Positions 38,001 through 47,988 of a DNA stretch of 64,000 nucleotides are shown here, one piece after another (the first letter of the stretch is position 1; each line of letters opens with the position of its first letter). The DNA lies in assembly GCA_042565725.1 (NCBI GenBank), contig JBHORK010000001.1, positions 4,995-68,994 on the forward strand, read 5' to 3'. A program made the translations under genes and the position numbers. This stretch comes from Verrucomicrobiota bacterium (GTDB lineage Bacteria > Verrucomicrobiota > Kiritimatiellia > UBA8416 > JBHORK01). Below the pieces are notes generated by a model. The model searched no databases, was not told the DNA's origin, and saw only the letters and a program-made list of their open reading frames with translations.

Positions 38001-38855
38001 TCAAACAATATCTGCAAAATACCGTTCTGTCTTTCTGAAATAATATAAGCCGAATCCCAGAAGACACATTGCGACAACAAATCCGGTGCCCATAAGAATC
38101 CATGGCGGCCCGACCGCGTGTTCCGCCGTCATCCTGTTGTGCATTAAACACCACCTGAATCCTTCAACAACTCCACCCATAGGGTTTAAACCATACAGGT
38201 ATTTCCATGCCCCCCAGGCTTTGGGTATCTTGCTGAAGGGAATTATTACCGAGCAGAACATCCAGATCTGAATCACAAATGGAATTACATACCTGATGTC
38301 ACGGTATTTTACGTTAAGCGCGGAAAATACAAACCCGGCACCAGCCGCAGTCGCAAAAGCAGTGATGATCAACAATGGCGCGAGAAAAACAGTCATTGCC
38401 GGCAGTGTCTTCAGGAACAACATGAAAAAGATTAGAACGCAAAATGAGAGCGCAAAATCAACAAGTGCGGCTATACATGCGCTTAGCGGCATGAAAAGGC
38501 GGGGCATATAGATTTTTGTGATCAGATTGGCTGAACCCACCAGCGAACTGCTTGCCATGCTTAGAGAAGTCGAGAAATACTGCCAGATTACCAGCCCCGA
38601 GAGATAAAAAAGAAAAGGATGCAGTCCGTCCGACGGCAGTTTCGCGACTCGCCCGAAAAGAAAGTAGAAGATAATAGCGGTTATTGATGGTACCAGTATA
38701 GACCAGGCGATACCAAGCAAGGTTTGTTTGTATTTTACCTTAATGTCACGCAATGTCAGGAAATACAGCAGATCCCTGTATCGCAGCATTTCATTGAAAT
38801 CCAGTGAGATCCAGCCTTTGGGCGGACGTATGCGCGTTATGGGCTTGGCTGTCAT
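38001..38855 (-). CDS. wzm: ABC-2 type polysaccharide exporter permease
   Basis: 284 aa, 6 TM segments, ABC-2 family pattern; adjacent to wzt. Confidence 0.8.
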   Translation of the reverse strand: MTAKPITRIRPPKGWISLDFNEMLRYRDLLYFLTLRDIKVKYKQTLLGIAWSILVPSITAIIFYFLFGRVAKLPSDGLHPFLFYLSGLVIWQYFSTSLSMASSSLVGSANLITKIYMPRLFMPLSACIAALVDFALSFCVLIFFMLFLKTLPAMTVFLAPLLIITAFATAAGAGFVFSALNVKYRDIRYVIPFVIQIWMFCSVIIPFSKIPKAWGAWKYLYGLNPMGGVVEGFRWCLMHNRMTAEHAVGPPWILMGTGFVVAMCLLGFGLYYFRKTERYFADIV

Positions 38856-38898
38856 AAGACAAGAATATGCAAGGTAATTAACAAAGTCAAAGCCAATA

Positions 38899-38937
38899 CG
38901 CGTATCTCGTGAAGCGTATTTTGTATCTCGTATATCG
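38899..38937. repeat. Copy of GTATCTCGTGAAGCGTATTT(T/C)GTATCTCG motif, about 45 bp upstream of the wzm start
   Basis: cgcgtatctcgtgaagcgtattttgtatctcgtatatcg. Confidence 0.65.
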
Positions 38938-38987
38938 CCGGCCTTTCCCCTTGTCAGGCACCTTTATATAAATTAAGGTTTAATAAC

Positions 38988-39572
38988 GTGAAAAAGAATA
39001 TATTACACAAATGTTTTTCGGGGCGAAGAACCCTTCTTCTTGTGATCGTGCTGGTTTGTTTTGCGCGGTCTTCTGTTTCTCAGGACACAAATAATCTTCA
39101 AGAAAACAAAGAGAACATAGCTGAGGACCTTAAGGTTAAGGATAAGCCGGACGAGAAAGAATCACAGAAGTCAAAACCCCAGGTTCAGGCAAGTGAGAGG
39201 TTATTTCAGATTGCTTTGGCATTGGAGAAAAAAGAAAACGAACTGACTGAAGCAAAAGCCGAGATTGAGAGGCTGAAAGAAATAATAATAAGAACACGTG
39301 AAACAAGTAGGCGTGAGCGGCTGCGTTTGTGTTACAACCTTGCTTATGTGTATCGGGCGGCAAAAGAATACAAAAAAGCCGAGGCCGAATACAGAAAAGC
39401 ACTGGCAATAAATCCGGATGATTCAGCGGTCCATTTCAATCTTGCCGTTCTTTATGACGACGATCTTAATGACGAAAAACAAGCTGTGAAACATTACAGG
39501 CGATTTCTTGATCTGGCCCCGGAAGACAAAGATGCCCCGCGCGTACGCGAATGGCTTATGGCAATTGAGTAA
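38988..39572 (+). CDS. Secreted TPR-repeat protein with coiled-coil segment
   Basis: Signal peptide; LCYNLAYVYRAAKEYKKAEAEYRKALAINPDD and HFNLAVLY TPR-like repeats. Confidence 0.6.
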   Translation: MKKNILHKCFSGRRTLLLVIVLVCFARSSVSQDTNNLQENKENIAEDLKVKDKPDEKESQKSKPQVQASERLFQIALALEKKENELTEAKAEIERLKEIIIRTRETSRRERLRLCYNLAYVYRAAKEYKKAEAEYRKALAINPDDSAVHFNLAVLYDDDLNDEKQAVKHYRRFLDLAPEDKDAPRVREWLMAIE

Positions 39573-39641
39573 CGCTAAATGTAACGGCAATATTCTTTTT
39601 GTATATTGTTGATGGTTTTGTAAAACACTGGGAGGGCTAAA

Positions 39642-40715
39642 ATGAAGCTAAGTCAATGGATTGCAGTAGGGCTATTTACAACACTTCCCTTTGCGGCGAA
39701 ATCCGATAACGCCACGATTACGATCCCATTGGAGCCGGGTGTTGCGGGTCAGCGGGGCGGGGGATCCCAGCGGTTAATCTTTAAAGATAAGAACGAAGCG
39801 AGTATTCCATTTGCGACAAGTTCAGGCAAACTGTTGTTCAAGCTTAATGGCAAAAAAATTACTGTTGACAGCAATTGCGATGGTAAAATTGATAGTGCGG
39901 ACGGTGCAGCCATCGCCGCGGGTGGAAAAACAACGGTTTGCATAAAGACGCATGGCAAAAAACTCGACTATGAGATTCGGGTCAGATATATCCATCAAAA
40001 AATGGCCGCTATCAACGGGGTAACAATTCTCAAGGGGAAATATAACGGTAAAGACATTTCTGTTTTTGATTCCAATGTGAACGGTAAGTTTAATGATCAG
40101 GGTAAGCATGGAAGTGATATAATCTCGCTGGGAGATATAACAAAACGAGACATAACAAAACAACTCCCGATAAGTCCTATTTTCAATCTTGATGGGGAAA
40201 TGCATAATCTTACGTTTGCAGACGGCAAAGCCGAACTGGTATTTACACCCTATACTGGTGATATAGCTGAACTCACCCTGAAAAGCGGCAAAGAGGGTTG
40301 GTTTGGGCAGATGATGCTTACGAAACAGGATGGGACATTTTCAGCAGTGGCTGACTCAACCCGGAAAGCTCAACTTGTTCCCGGTAAATACATTGTTGCC
40401 GGGGGTGTAATATATTCCAAGGGCTCTGTTGGCTATGAGAAAAGCCAGGGATGTCTTTTCGGAGGAGGCGAGGAAGTCACTATTAAAAAGGGTGGCAATG
40501 AATTTAAAATGGGGGCACCGTTCAGGCTGGATTTTCTGGCATATAAATCCAAGCGGGACGCAAATCAGCTGAAAATTAAAAAGGTAGAGATTATAGATGC
40601 CGGGGGAATGAAATACTCTGCGCAATTATACAAAAGCCAGCAAAAAAGTACCTTAAAAAGCTATATAAAGGCTGGCAATAAAAAGAAACTTCTTACAACT
40701 CTGGCGTATGGCTGA
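39642..40715 (+). CDS. Secreted Lys/Gly-rich beta-rich hypothetical protein
   Basis: Signal peptide (TLPFAAKS); repetitive GK-rich segments; no catalytic motifs seen. Confidence 0.45.
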   Translation: MKLSQWIAVGLFTTLPFAAKSDNATITIPLEPGVAGQRGGGSQRLIFKDKNEASIPFATSSGKLLFKLNGKKITVDSNCDGKIDSADGAAIAAGGKTTVCIKTHGKKLDYEIRVRYIHQKMAAINGVTILKGKYNGKDISVFDSNVNGKFNDQGKHGSDIISLGDITKRDITKQLPISPIFNLDGEMHNLTFADGKAELVFTPYTGDIAELTLKSGKEGWFGQMMLTKQDGTFSAVADSTRKAQLVPGKYIVAGGVIYSKGSVGYEKSQGCLFGGGEEVTIKKGGNEFKMGAPFRLDFLAYKSKRDANQLKIKKVEIIDAGGMKYSAQLYKSQQKSTLKSYIKAGNKKKLLTTLAYG

Positions 40716-40933
40716 GGAGGTCTCAGCGGGAGCACCGTGAGTGTTCCTGAAGACTTTAAAAACCTCAGAAATCTTGAATTAGTAATCGAATTCGAAAGCG
40801 CAGAATTAGGCGATTTTTCTGTCAGTAAGAAAATTGCGGACTTGGCTGTCCCTTCGGCAAGGTGAGCCCGACTGTTCGAAAAGCTGAATTGCGATTATGC
40901 TGTATCACCGGGATTGCTTGGGGTGGGGAACGT

Positions 40934-41953
40934 TTATTTTAGTGATTCTTTTAATGTGACTGGAATCTTCTGTGATTCCTCGGTTTTCTTAGATTTGCCG
41001 TAGCCCGACACCACCATGGTTCCGGCAAGTAAAATACCAATCGTAAGATGTGTAATAATTGTCAGTGCGTTGGCTGGCGCCAGTTCCTTGGGATGATCGT
41101 AGTTTTTAGCTGCCGTAAGCATTGCCTTAGAGGCAAGAATTATTGGCGCGAGTGCTATCAGACAGAGTAAAGGTCCCATACCTTTTAGAACGGCAATAAT
41201 AATGGGAACCATCCATATGCTCATAAGCATAAAGAATACTTTTACCGCGTTACGACGACCCAGACGGACTACCCAGTGCCGTTTCCCTACCGCTTTATCC
41301 GCTTCGTAATCCTGAAATTGATTAATAAACAGAACAGCGGAAATAAGAAATGCAATAGGCAAAGAGAAGAGAACAATATCCCATCGGAATTGTCCTGTTT
41401 GTATAAAGTACGCGCCTACCACCGGTAGAATACCGAAATTGATGCCGATAACAAGTTCTCCTATCCCTCTTGATACAAGGAAAAATGGCGGTGCCGTGTA
41501 GAAGAACCCGCCCAGGACGCCGATAATGCCCAATACAAGAATGAAGACCCCCGCCTGCGATACAAGGTAGAGACCTATTGCGCTCCCGACAGCGAAACAG
41601 ACAAGAGAAAGACCTAGAACCTCGCGGGGAGTAAGAAGTTTGTTTTGAATCATGCGGCTTCCGCCGGTGAAAGGTCTGACAAAATCCACGTTTTTTTCAT
41701 CATTGCCGTTAATGTGGTCGAAGTAGTCATTGGCAACATTCGCGCCGGCATGAATAAGAGTCATTGCGGCCAGTGTTAGCAAGAATAGGGGCCAATGCCA
41801 GTTTCCGGTATGATAAAAGGCCAGTGAAGTGCCCAGCAATATTGGCACTATTGATCCGGTGAAAAAAGGAGCCCTTAATTCCATCAGGAATAATAGCGCT
41901 TTGGGTGGTCGTGGTTTCTTGTTTGAAGATTCGTTGTTTTCTTTCATTGTCAC
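40934..41953 (-). CDS. menA: UbiA-family prenyltransferase, MenA-like (1,4-dihydroxy-2-naphthoate polyprenyltransferase)
   Basis: NDYFDHINGNDEKN (NDxxDxxxD) motif; 8-9 TM segments. Confidence 0.65.
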   Translation of the reverse strand: MTMKENNESSNKKPRPPKALLFLMELRAPFFTGSIVPILLGTSLAFYHTGNWHWPLFLLTLAAMTLIHAGANVANDYFDHINGNDEKNVDFVRPFTGGSRMIQNKLLTPREVLGLSLVCFAVGSAIGLYLVSQAGVFILVLGIIGVLGGFFYTAPPFFLVSRGIGELVIGINFGILPVVGAYFIQTGQFRWDIVLFSLPIAFLISAVLFINQFQDYEADKAVGKRHWVVRLGRRNAVKVFFMLMSIWMVPIIIAVLKGMGPLLCLIALAPIILASKAMLTAAKNYDHPKELAPANALTIITHLTIGILLAGTMVVSGYGKSKKTEESQKIPVTLKESLK

Positions 41954-42068
41954 AGAGAAAGATAGTCCAATTTCGTTAAAGCTGACAAGAGCTTTTTGTC
42001 GTAAAATGTTTGATGTACTAATGCTTAGTTGTTAGGCTCCCCGCAGGTTTTGAAATTAAAAGAAAAAA

Positions 42069-43043
42069 ATGATACTCGAAGAAATATACAAGAACATAGA
42101 GAGTGACTTGAAGTTAGTGGAAAAGCGTCTTCCCGAAATGTCACAGTCAAAGAATTCTGTTATTTCGCAGGCCGTTATGCAGATTTTTAATGGTGGCGGC
42201 AAACGTTTGCGTCCCGCATTACTGTTGATGGCGGCCAGAGCGTGCGGCTATACAGGGGAAGGGGGCGTTGACCTGGCAGTAGCGGTTGAGCTTATGCATA
42301 CCGCCAGTCTTGTCCATGATGATGTAATAGATAATGCCGACAAACGAAGGTCAACTTCTACAATCAATTTTAGATGGGGCAACAAAACCGCAATACTTGT
42401 GGGCGACCATCTTTATTCTAAAGTAATTTGTATTCTGGCCGAAAACGGGAATATTGATATGATGCAATGTGTTGCGTCCGCTGCCTGTTCCATGACAGAG
42501 AGTGAGATGACTCAGAGCCTCTGGCGTAATGATATAAACGTGACGGAAGATAAATATCTTTCAATCGTAAAAGGTAAAACATCTGCCTTGATGTCTTGTT
42601 CGTGTCGTGTCGGTGCAATGCTGGCTGAGAATTGTAACGGAGAGATGGATATTCTAGGTGATTATGGCTTAAATCTTGGCATGGCTTTTCAGATAACGGA
42701 TGACCTTCTCGATATTATCGGTGAAGAAAGGAAAGTAGGTAAGCCGTTGTTGAAAGATATTCGGGAGGGTAATTTAACGTTACCGTTCATTTATGCCGCA
42801 GGTAAAGCCGTGGAGAAAGATAGAGAATGGATGATGGAGAAGTTTAGAACAGGGCAGATAGATGAGAACAGTCTGGCAAGGATAAACGATATTGTCCGGG
42901 ATTATGGCGGGATAAAGTATAGCCTTGGTAAGGCTTTGGAATATGGCAGGATTTGTAAGGAAAAGCTTGAGAAACTCCCGGAATCTGATAGCAGGACATC
43001 ACTGTATAAACTGGTTGATTATGTGATCGAAAGAGTTTCGTAG
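42069..43043 (+). CDS. trans-Polyprenyl diphosphate synthase (IspB-like, long-chain)
   Basis: First and second aspartate-rich motifs LVHDDVIDNADKRR and FQITDDLLD. Confidence 0.85.
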   Translation: MILEEIYKNIESDLKLVEKRLPEMSQSKNSVISQAVMQIFNGGGKRLRPALLLMAARACGYTGEGGVDLAVAVELMHTASLVHDDVIDNADKRRSTSTINFRWGNKTAILVGDHLYSKVICILAENGNIDMMQCVASAACSMTESEMTQSLWRNDINVTEDKYLSIVKGKTSALMSCSCRVGAMLAENCNGEMDILGDYGLNLGMAFQITDDLLDIIGEERKVGKPLLKDIREGNLTLPFIYAAGKAVEKDREWMMEKFRTGQIDENSLARINDIVRDYGGIKYSLGKALEYGRICKEKLEKLPESDSRTSLYKLVDYVIERVS

Positions 43044-43112
43044 TTGTCTTTTTTAGGCCGATTTTATTTAAAACATTTTCCTTCTATTCTTTTACATGCT
43101 ACAATTAAAAAT

Positions 43113-43289
43113 ATGTATGATTTCCTGATTACTTTACTTTTAGCTGCAATATTGTTTCTTCTCAGTTTTGCCGCAATGGCAATAGGTCTTCTTGTCCGCG
43201 GCAGAAAACTGAGAGGCGGATGCGGCACCAAACCGAATGATTCCAGGGAACTGGACAAAAAATGCTGTAGTTGTAAATCGACTAATTAG
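43113..43289 (+). CDS. Small single-TM cysteine-motif protein, NqrM-like (Na+-NQR maturation factor candidate)
   Basis: MYDFLITLLLAAILFLLSFAAMAIGLLVRGRKLRGGCGTKPNDSRELDKKCCSCKSTN: N-terminal TM helix then four Cys (C...CCxC); convergent with nqrF, stop 8 bp from the nqrF stop. Confidence 0.4.
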   Translation: MYDFLITLLLAAILFLLSFAAMAIGLLVRGRKLRGGCGTKPNDSRELDKKCCSCKSTN

Positions 43290-43296
43290 CAAATTT

Positions 43297-44523
43297 CTAG
43301 AATTCATCGTATGCAATCATCTCAGGCTCAACACCCAAGTCATAAAGCATCTTGTTGACGGCACTTAGCATCAATGGTGGTCCGCACAGATAATATTCTA
43401 CCTCTGTCGGGTCCTCATGCTTATCGAGATAATTATCAAGCAGAACTTGATGAATAAAACCTGTATACCCGTCCCAATTATCTTCCGGTTGAGGGTCGCT
43501 AAGCGCTATGTTGAAATTGAAATTGTCAAAGTTTTTTTCAATTTCACGGAAATCTTCTTCGTAAAAAATTTCGCGTTTTGATCGGGCGCCATACCAGAAG
43601 CTGACCTTCCGGTTTGTTTTCTTTGTGTGGAATAAATCAAAGATATGACTTCTCATAGGCGCCATGCCTGCACCGCCGCCTATAAAGACAATTTCACGAT
43701 CCGTATCTTTAAGGAAGAATTCACCGTATGGCCCACTGATCATGACCTTGTCGCCTGGTTTCATGTTAAATATGTAGGATGACGCTATTCCGGGAGGCAC
43801 ATCCATTCCTTTGGGAGGTGTGGCTATTCGTATATTCAATATAACACAGTTTCCTTCGGCAGGATGATTTGCCATTGAGTAAGCCCTGAAGCATCCTTCC
43901 TCATTTTGCGTTTTCAAGTCAAAGAATTTAAAATGTTCCCAGTCATTTCTGTACTGATTCTCAATATCGTAATCGGAAAAAGAAAGTTTGTATTTAGGTA
44001 TGTCAATTTGGATATAGCCGCCCGCCTTGAAGTTAAGGTCTTCGCCCTTGGGTAGATCAACGATGAACTCTTTTATAAAGGTTGCTACATTGTTATTTGA
44101 TCTGACAGTGCATTCCCATTTCTTTACATCAAGAATTTCTTCGGGAACCTCTATTTTTAAATCCTCTCTGACTTTGACCTGACAGGCAAGTCGCATGCCG
44201 CGTCTGCGGTCGGTTTTTTTTATGAAACCTGTCTCAGTGGGCAGGATCTGGCCGCCGCCCTCCAGGATCAGGCATTTGCACATTCCGCATGTGCCGCCGC
44301 CGCCACAGGCTGAGGGAATAAAAACTTCTTTCTCTACCAATGCCGATAAGAGTGTTTGTCCCGGACTTACGCTTACTGTTTTCTTTCCGTCATTTATATG
44401 GATATTGGCCGAACCGCCGGGTGATAAACGGCTGGATATAAAAGATAAAACAATAACCAGAAGAACTATAACTCCGGTAAAAACAATTGTACTGGTAATT
44501 ACAAATATAGGATCAATAGACAT
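43297..44523 (-). CDS. nqrF: Na+-translocating NADH:quinone oxidoreductase subunit F
   Basis: N-terminal TM helix; 2Fe-2S ferredoxin motif [12 protein letters not shown]; FAD site RAYSMAN; NAD-binding GGGAGMAP. Confidence 0.9.
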   Translation of the reverse strand: MSIDPIFVITSTIVFTGVIVLLVIVLSFISSRLSPGGSANIHINDGKKTVSVSPGQTLLSALVEKEVFIPSACGGGGTCGMCKCLILEGGGQILPTETGFIKKTDRRRGMRLACQVKVREDLKIEVPEEILDVKKWECTVRSNNNVATFIKEFIVDLPKGEDLNFKAGGYIQIDIPKYKLSFSDYDIENQYRNDWEHFKFFDLKTQNEEGCFRAYSMANHPAEGNCVILNIRIATPPKGMDVPPGIASSYIFNMKPGDKVMISGPYGEFFLKDTDREIVFIGGGAGMAPMRSHIFDLFHTKKTNRKVSFWYGARSKREIFYEEDFREIEKNFDNFNFNIALSDPQPEDNWDGYTGFIHQVLLDNYLDKHEDPTEVEYYLCGPPLMLSAVNKMLYDLGVEPEMIAYDEF

Positions 44524-44670
44524 GTTCTTAGTTCTTAGTTACTTTCTGTTCAAATCCTTCTTCTTGTATATCCTGCCTCATCTGTTTTATCTAGTCCGGC
44601 TTTGCCGGACGGGCGGTTAGCTTTCTTTTTTCTTTCGCCGTGTCTCCGTTTCCCCGCTTCACTCTCATCT

Positions 44671-45291
44671 TCATCCCCCCAGATTTATTCCGGAAAAACA
44701 CAGGAAGCCAATAGCCATTAATCCTGTAACTATAAAAGCTATCCCAAGACCACGCAGTCCTTCAGGAACGTTGGAGTATCGTATTTTCTTGCGAATAGCT
44801 GCCAACAGCAGGATTGCCAGCGCCCATCCAACACCGGAAGATGAGCCAAATACAATTGATTCGGAAAACGTGTAATTACGCTGATCCATGAAAAGGGACG
44901 CACCGAGAATTGCGCAGTTAACGGTGATCAGCGGCAGAAAGATTCCCAGAGTGTTGTAGAGTGCCGGAAAAAAGCGATCGATGACCATTTCTACAATCTG
45001 TACCAGTGACGCAATAACAGCGATAAAACAAATAAAAGTAAGAAATGATAAATCCAGATTGGCCAGAGCATCTGCGCCAGTCCAGCTCAGAGCGCCTTTT
45101 GCAAGCAGGAATTCTTTGATTGCCCAGTTCAGGGGCGCAGAAATTGTCAGTACAAAAATAACGGCAAGGCCTAATCCTGTGGCCGATTCTATCTTCTTTG
45201 ACTGCGCCAGGTATGAACACATGCCCAGGAAATAGGCAAGGAGAATGTTTTTAATTAAAATTGATTCAATTGCTAAATTCAACAAATGCAT
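44671..45291 (-). CDS. nqrE: Na+-NQR subunit E
   Basis: 206-aa 6-TM protein, NqrE/RnfA family, position in operon. Confidence 0.85.
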   Translation of the reverse strand: MHLLNLAIESILIKNILLAYFLGMCSYLAQSKKIESATGLGLAVIFVLTISAPLNWAIKEFLLAKGALSWTGADALANLDLSFLTFICFIAVIASLVQIVEMVIDRFFPALYNTLGIFLPLITVNCAILGASLFMDQRNYTFSESIVFGSSSGVGWALAILLLAAIRKKIRYSNVPEGLRGLGIAFIVTGLMAIGFLCFSGINLGG

Positions 45292-45376
45292 TTCTTTTCC
45301 TTGTTCTTTCTCTCTTCGCGGCTATTTACTCTTCTCCGCACCCTCTGCGTGCTCTGCGAGATATCCTCTCCACTTA

Positions 45377-45988
45377 TTATTCTTCTTCTCTCAATTGCTT
45401 TGAAATAAATGTGCGCTGGAACCATATTAACAGCCCTATAACAATAAAAGCGCCCGGCGGAAGCAGCATCAATACATTGCTTGGATAATATTTAGTGCTC
45501 AAAATCTGGAACCCCAGCAATGTTCCCGCACCAAGGAGTTCTCTGAATGACGCCACCAGAACAAGGATCAGGCTGTATCCCAATCCATTGCCAAGCCCAT
45601 CCATAATCGATTCCAGCGGGGGGTTTTGAAGAGCAAACGCTTCCGCTCTGCCCATAACTATACAGTTGGTGATGATCAAGCCGACAAAGACGCTGAGCTG
45701 TTTACTTACATCATACATTTTAGCTTTGAGTATCTGGTCGGCAATAATAACTAACGTTGCGATCACACAAAGTTCGACGATCATACGGATTTTGGAAGGA
45801 ATATATTTTCGAAGCAGTGAAATGACCAGATTGGACAAAACCAGAACAAACGTAAGGGCAGCACTCATCACAAGAGCTGTCTTGACCTGTGTTGTAACGG
45901 CCAGGGCCGAACAGACACCCAGAACCTGCCATGTGATAGGATTGTTATCCGCAAGCGGATCTTTTACGATCTTCTTGAGTTTACCCAT
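45377..45988 (-). CDS. nqrD: Na+-NQR subunit D
   Basis: 203-aa 6-TM protein, NqrD/RnfE family. Confidence 0.85.
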   Translation of the reverse strand: MGKLKKIVKDPLADNNPITWQVLGVCSALAVTTQVKTALVMSAALTFVLVLSNLVISLLRKYIPSKIRMIVELCVIATLVIIADQILKAKMYDVSKQLSVFVGLIITNCIVMGRAEAFALQNPPLESIMDGLGNGLGYSLILVLVASFRELLGAGTLLGFQILSTKYYPSNVLMLLPPGAFIVIGLLIWFQRTFISKQLREEE

Positions 45989-46717
45989 TTATTTTAACTT
46001 TCTCGATTTTTCAAAATATTTGTTGTAAACAGCAAAATCACTGTTCAGGAAATTAGCAACACCTTTGCAGGTCATTGTGGCAGCAGTGATGCCGTCAACA
46101 CAATGGTCGTCGCCTTTTGTGCCGGGCTTGATGACTCTAAATTCTTTTACTACACCATTTTCGATGAAGGTTTTGCCTTTAAAACCGTTCTGAAAGAAAT
46201 CTTTTTCAATCTCACCGCCTAATCCAGGCGTTTCCTGGTGCTCGTAAAAAGCTATGCCGGCAATTGTGAAGAGATCATCTTCCATGGCAAGATAGCCTTT
46301 AATTAAAGACCACAGTCCTTTTCCGCTTACATGAATTCCGTAAAGTTTCCTGCCGGAATTAAGGTCTGTATAAGTATAAAGGGGATAATATTGCTTAAGG
46401 CCGTCTTCATCACGGGTATTTATTTGTTCTTCCGTCAGACTGCCGACGGACAGATCTACAAGGTTGCCATTATTGTCAAGCACTTCGCCTTTGACTTGAG
46501 CATCAAAAATCTCTTCTATTTCTTTAGACGTTTTAGTGATTCTCCCTTTATCGTCTGAAATATCAACACCGAATGCTGTAAGCACTTTTACCTTCATATC
46601 AACGACTTTGTTGCGATCCTGCTCGCTTTTCAGGCCCGAATATACCGCGGCAAGGAGCAGACTGCATACCAGACAAATGATTGCAGCGAAACCGATCGTT
46701 TTAAGTTCTTTACCCAT
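45989..46717 (-). CDS. nqrC: Na+-NQR subunit C (FMN-binding)
   Basis: Start MGKELKTIGF (ATG 46717); N-terminal TM; FMN-attachment motif DGITAATMT. Confidence 0.85.
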   Translation of the reverse strand: MGKELKTIGFAAIICLVCSLLLAAVYSGLKSEQDRNKVVDMKVKVLTAFGVDISDDKGRITKTSKEIEEIFDAQVKGEVLDNNGNLVDLSVGSLTEEQINTRDEDGLKQYYPLYTYTDLNSGRKLYGIHVSGKGLWSLIKGYLAMEDDLFTIAGIAFYEHQETPGLGGEIEKDFFQNGFKGKTFIENGVVKEFRVIKPGTKGDDHCVDGITAATMTCKGVANFLNSDFAVYNKYFEKSRKLK

Positions 46718-47873
46718 GTATTGTTCTCCTCCTGATATGGGCGGCAACAACATAATGGTCAATAAGCGGCGCCACAATATTCATAAACAGTATGGAAAGC
46801 ATAACGCCTTCTGGGAATGCAGGATTTGCTACACGGATAATAACAATAAGCATGCCGATCATAAAACCATAGATCCATTTGCCTATATTAGTTGCCGCAG
46901 CAGAAACAGGATCTGTAGCCATGAAAAACGCGCCGAAAGCAAAGCCGCCCATTACCAGATGATAATGCGGAGGGATGGTGCTGTTGCCCGTCAAATTGAA
47001 AAGAAGACCTGTACCCAGAAGTCCGATAACACACGAAAGCATAATCCGCCAGGAGCCAACACCGGTGATCAGAAGTATTACGGCGCCTATCAGGCAGGCA
47101 ATCGCAGATGTTTCGCCTATACTGCCCGGCATGTTGCCTATCAACATGGATTTGAATGTGTAACCGGCATTACTCAGCATATTAACTGCCGTTGCGTCCT
47201 TGGGCATATCGAGGAGGATACCCAGCGGAGTAGCAGTTGTTACTCCGTCGACCAACTCGCCTCCACTTTTCAGAGCAATCCAGACATCTCCTACCATATA
47301 TTGCGAGTACGCGAAAAAGAGAAACGCCCGCGACATCAGGGCAGGATTCACGATATTCATGCCCGTGCCTCCGAATATTTCTTTGCCTATAACTACACCG
47401 AAAGAAATGCCTACAGCAACCTGCCAGAGAGGAATTGTTGGCGGAAGAATTAAAGGGAACAACAGTCCTGTGACCAGTAGCCCTTCGTTGATTTCATGTT
47501 TTTTTATGCATGCGAACATCACTTCCCAAAAACCGCCTACGCCGTATGAGACAATTACAATAGGCATAACGATGAAAAGGCCGCGTAATATGTCTGCAAT
47601 AAAACCTGTTGAAGCTCCAATATTCGCAAGGTTGTACTGATGTCCCGCATTCCATACACCAAAAAAGAAACAAGGCAGAACGGCATAGATAACTGTCACC
47701 ATAATACGTTTCATGTCTGCCGCATCACGCACATGGGTGCCCTTATCGGTAACAGCAGGGGAGGTAAACGTAAATGCGTCACCAGCCTCAAACAGCGGTT
47801 CTAACTTCTCAAGCTTGCCGCCCTTTGCAAATAAAGGTTTAATCTTATCGTTGATTTTCAATAAAAACTTCAT
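46710..47873 (-). CDS. nqrB: Na+-NQR subunit B
   Basis: 387-aa polytopic membrane protein, NqrB/RnfD family; overlaps nqrC start by 8 bp. Confidence 0.85.
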   Translation of the reverse strand: MKFLLKINDKIKPLFAKGGKLEKLEPLFEAGDAFTFTSPAVTDKGTHVRDAADMKRIMVTVIYAVLPCFFFGVWNAGHQYNLANIGASTGFIADILRGLFIVMPIVIVSYGVGGFWEVMFACIKKHEINEGLLVTGLLFPLILPPTIPLWQVAVGISFGVVIGKEIFGGTGMNIVNPALMSRAFLFFAYSQYMVGDVWIALKSGGELVDGVTTATPLGILLDMPKDATAVNMLSNAGYTFKSMLIGNMPGSIGETSAIACLIGAVILLITGVGSWRIMLSCVIGLLGTGLLFNLTGNSTIPPHYHLVMGGFAFGAFFMATDPVSAAATNIGKWIYGFMIGMLIVIIRVANPAFPEGVMLSILFMNIVAPLIDHYVVAAHIRRRTIHG

Positions 47874-47988
47874 CTGGCTTTCGTTCTTCGTTTTCTTTTT
47901 CTTAATCCTGTTAGATCCTGTTGATCCTGTCTGAAAGTCTTCCCTTTTAGTAAATAACTGTTAACAATTAACTGCGCGCCCCGCGCTC

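Noticed and set aside
43044-43112. Longer 81-aa version of the NqrM-like ORF
   Set aside because: The N-terminal 23 aa are not hydrophobic or conserved-looking; the TM helix begins right after Met at 43113.
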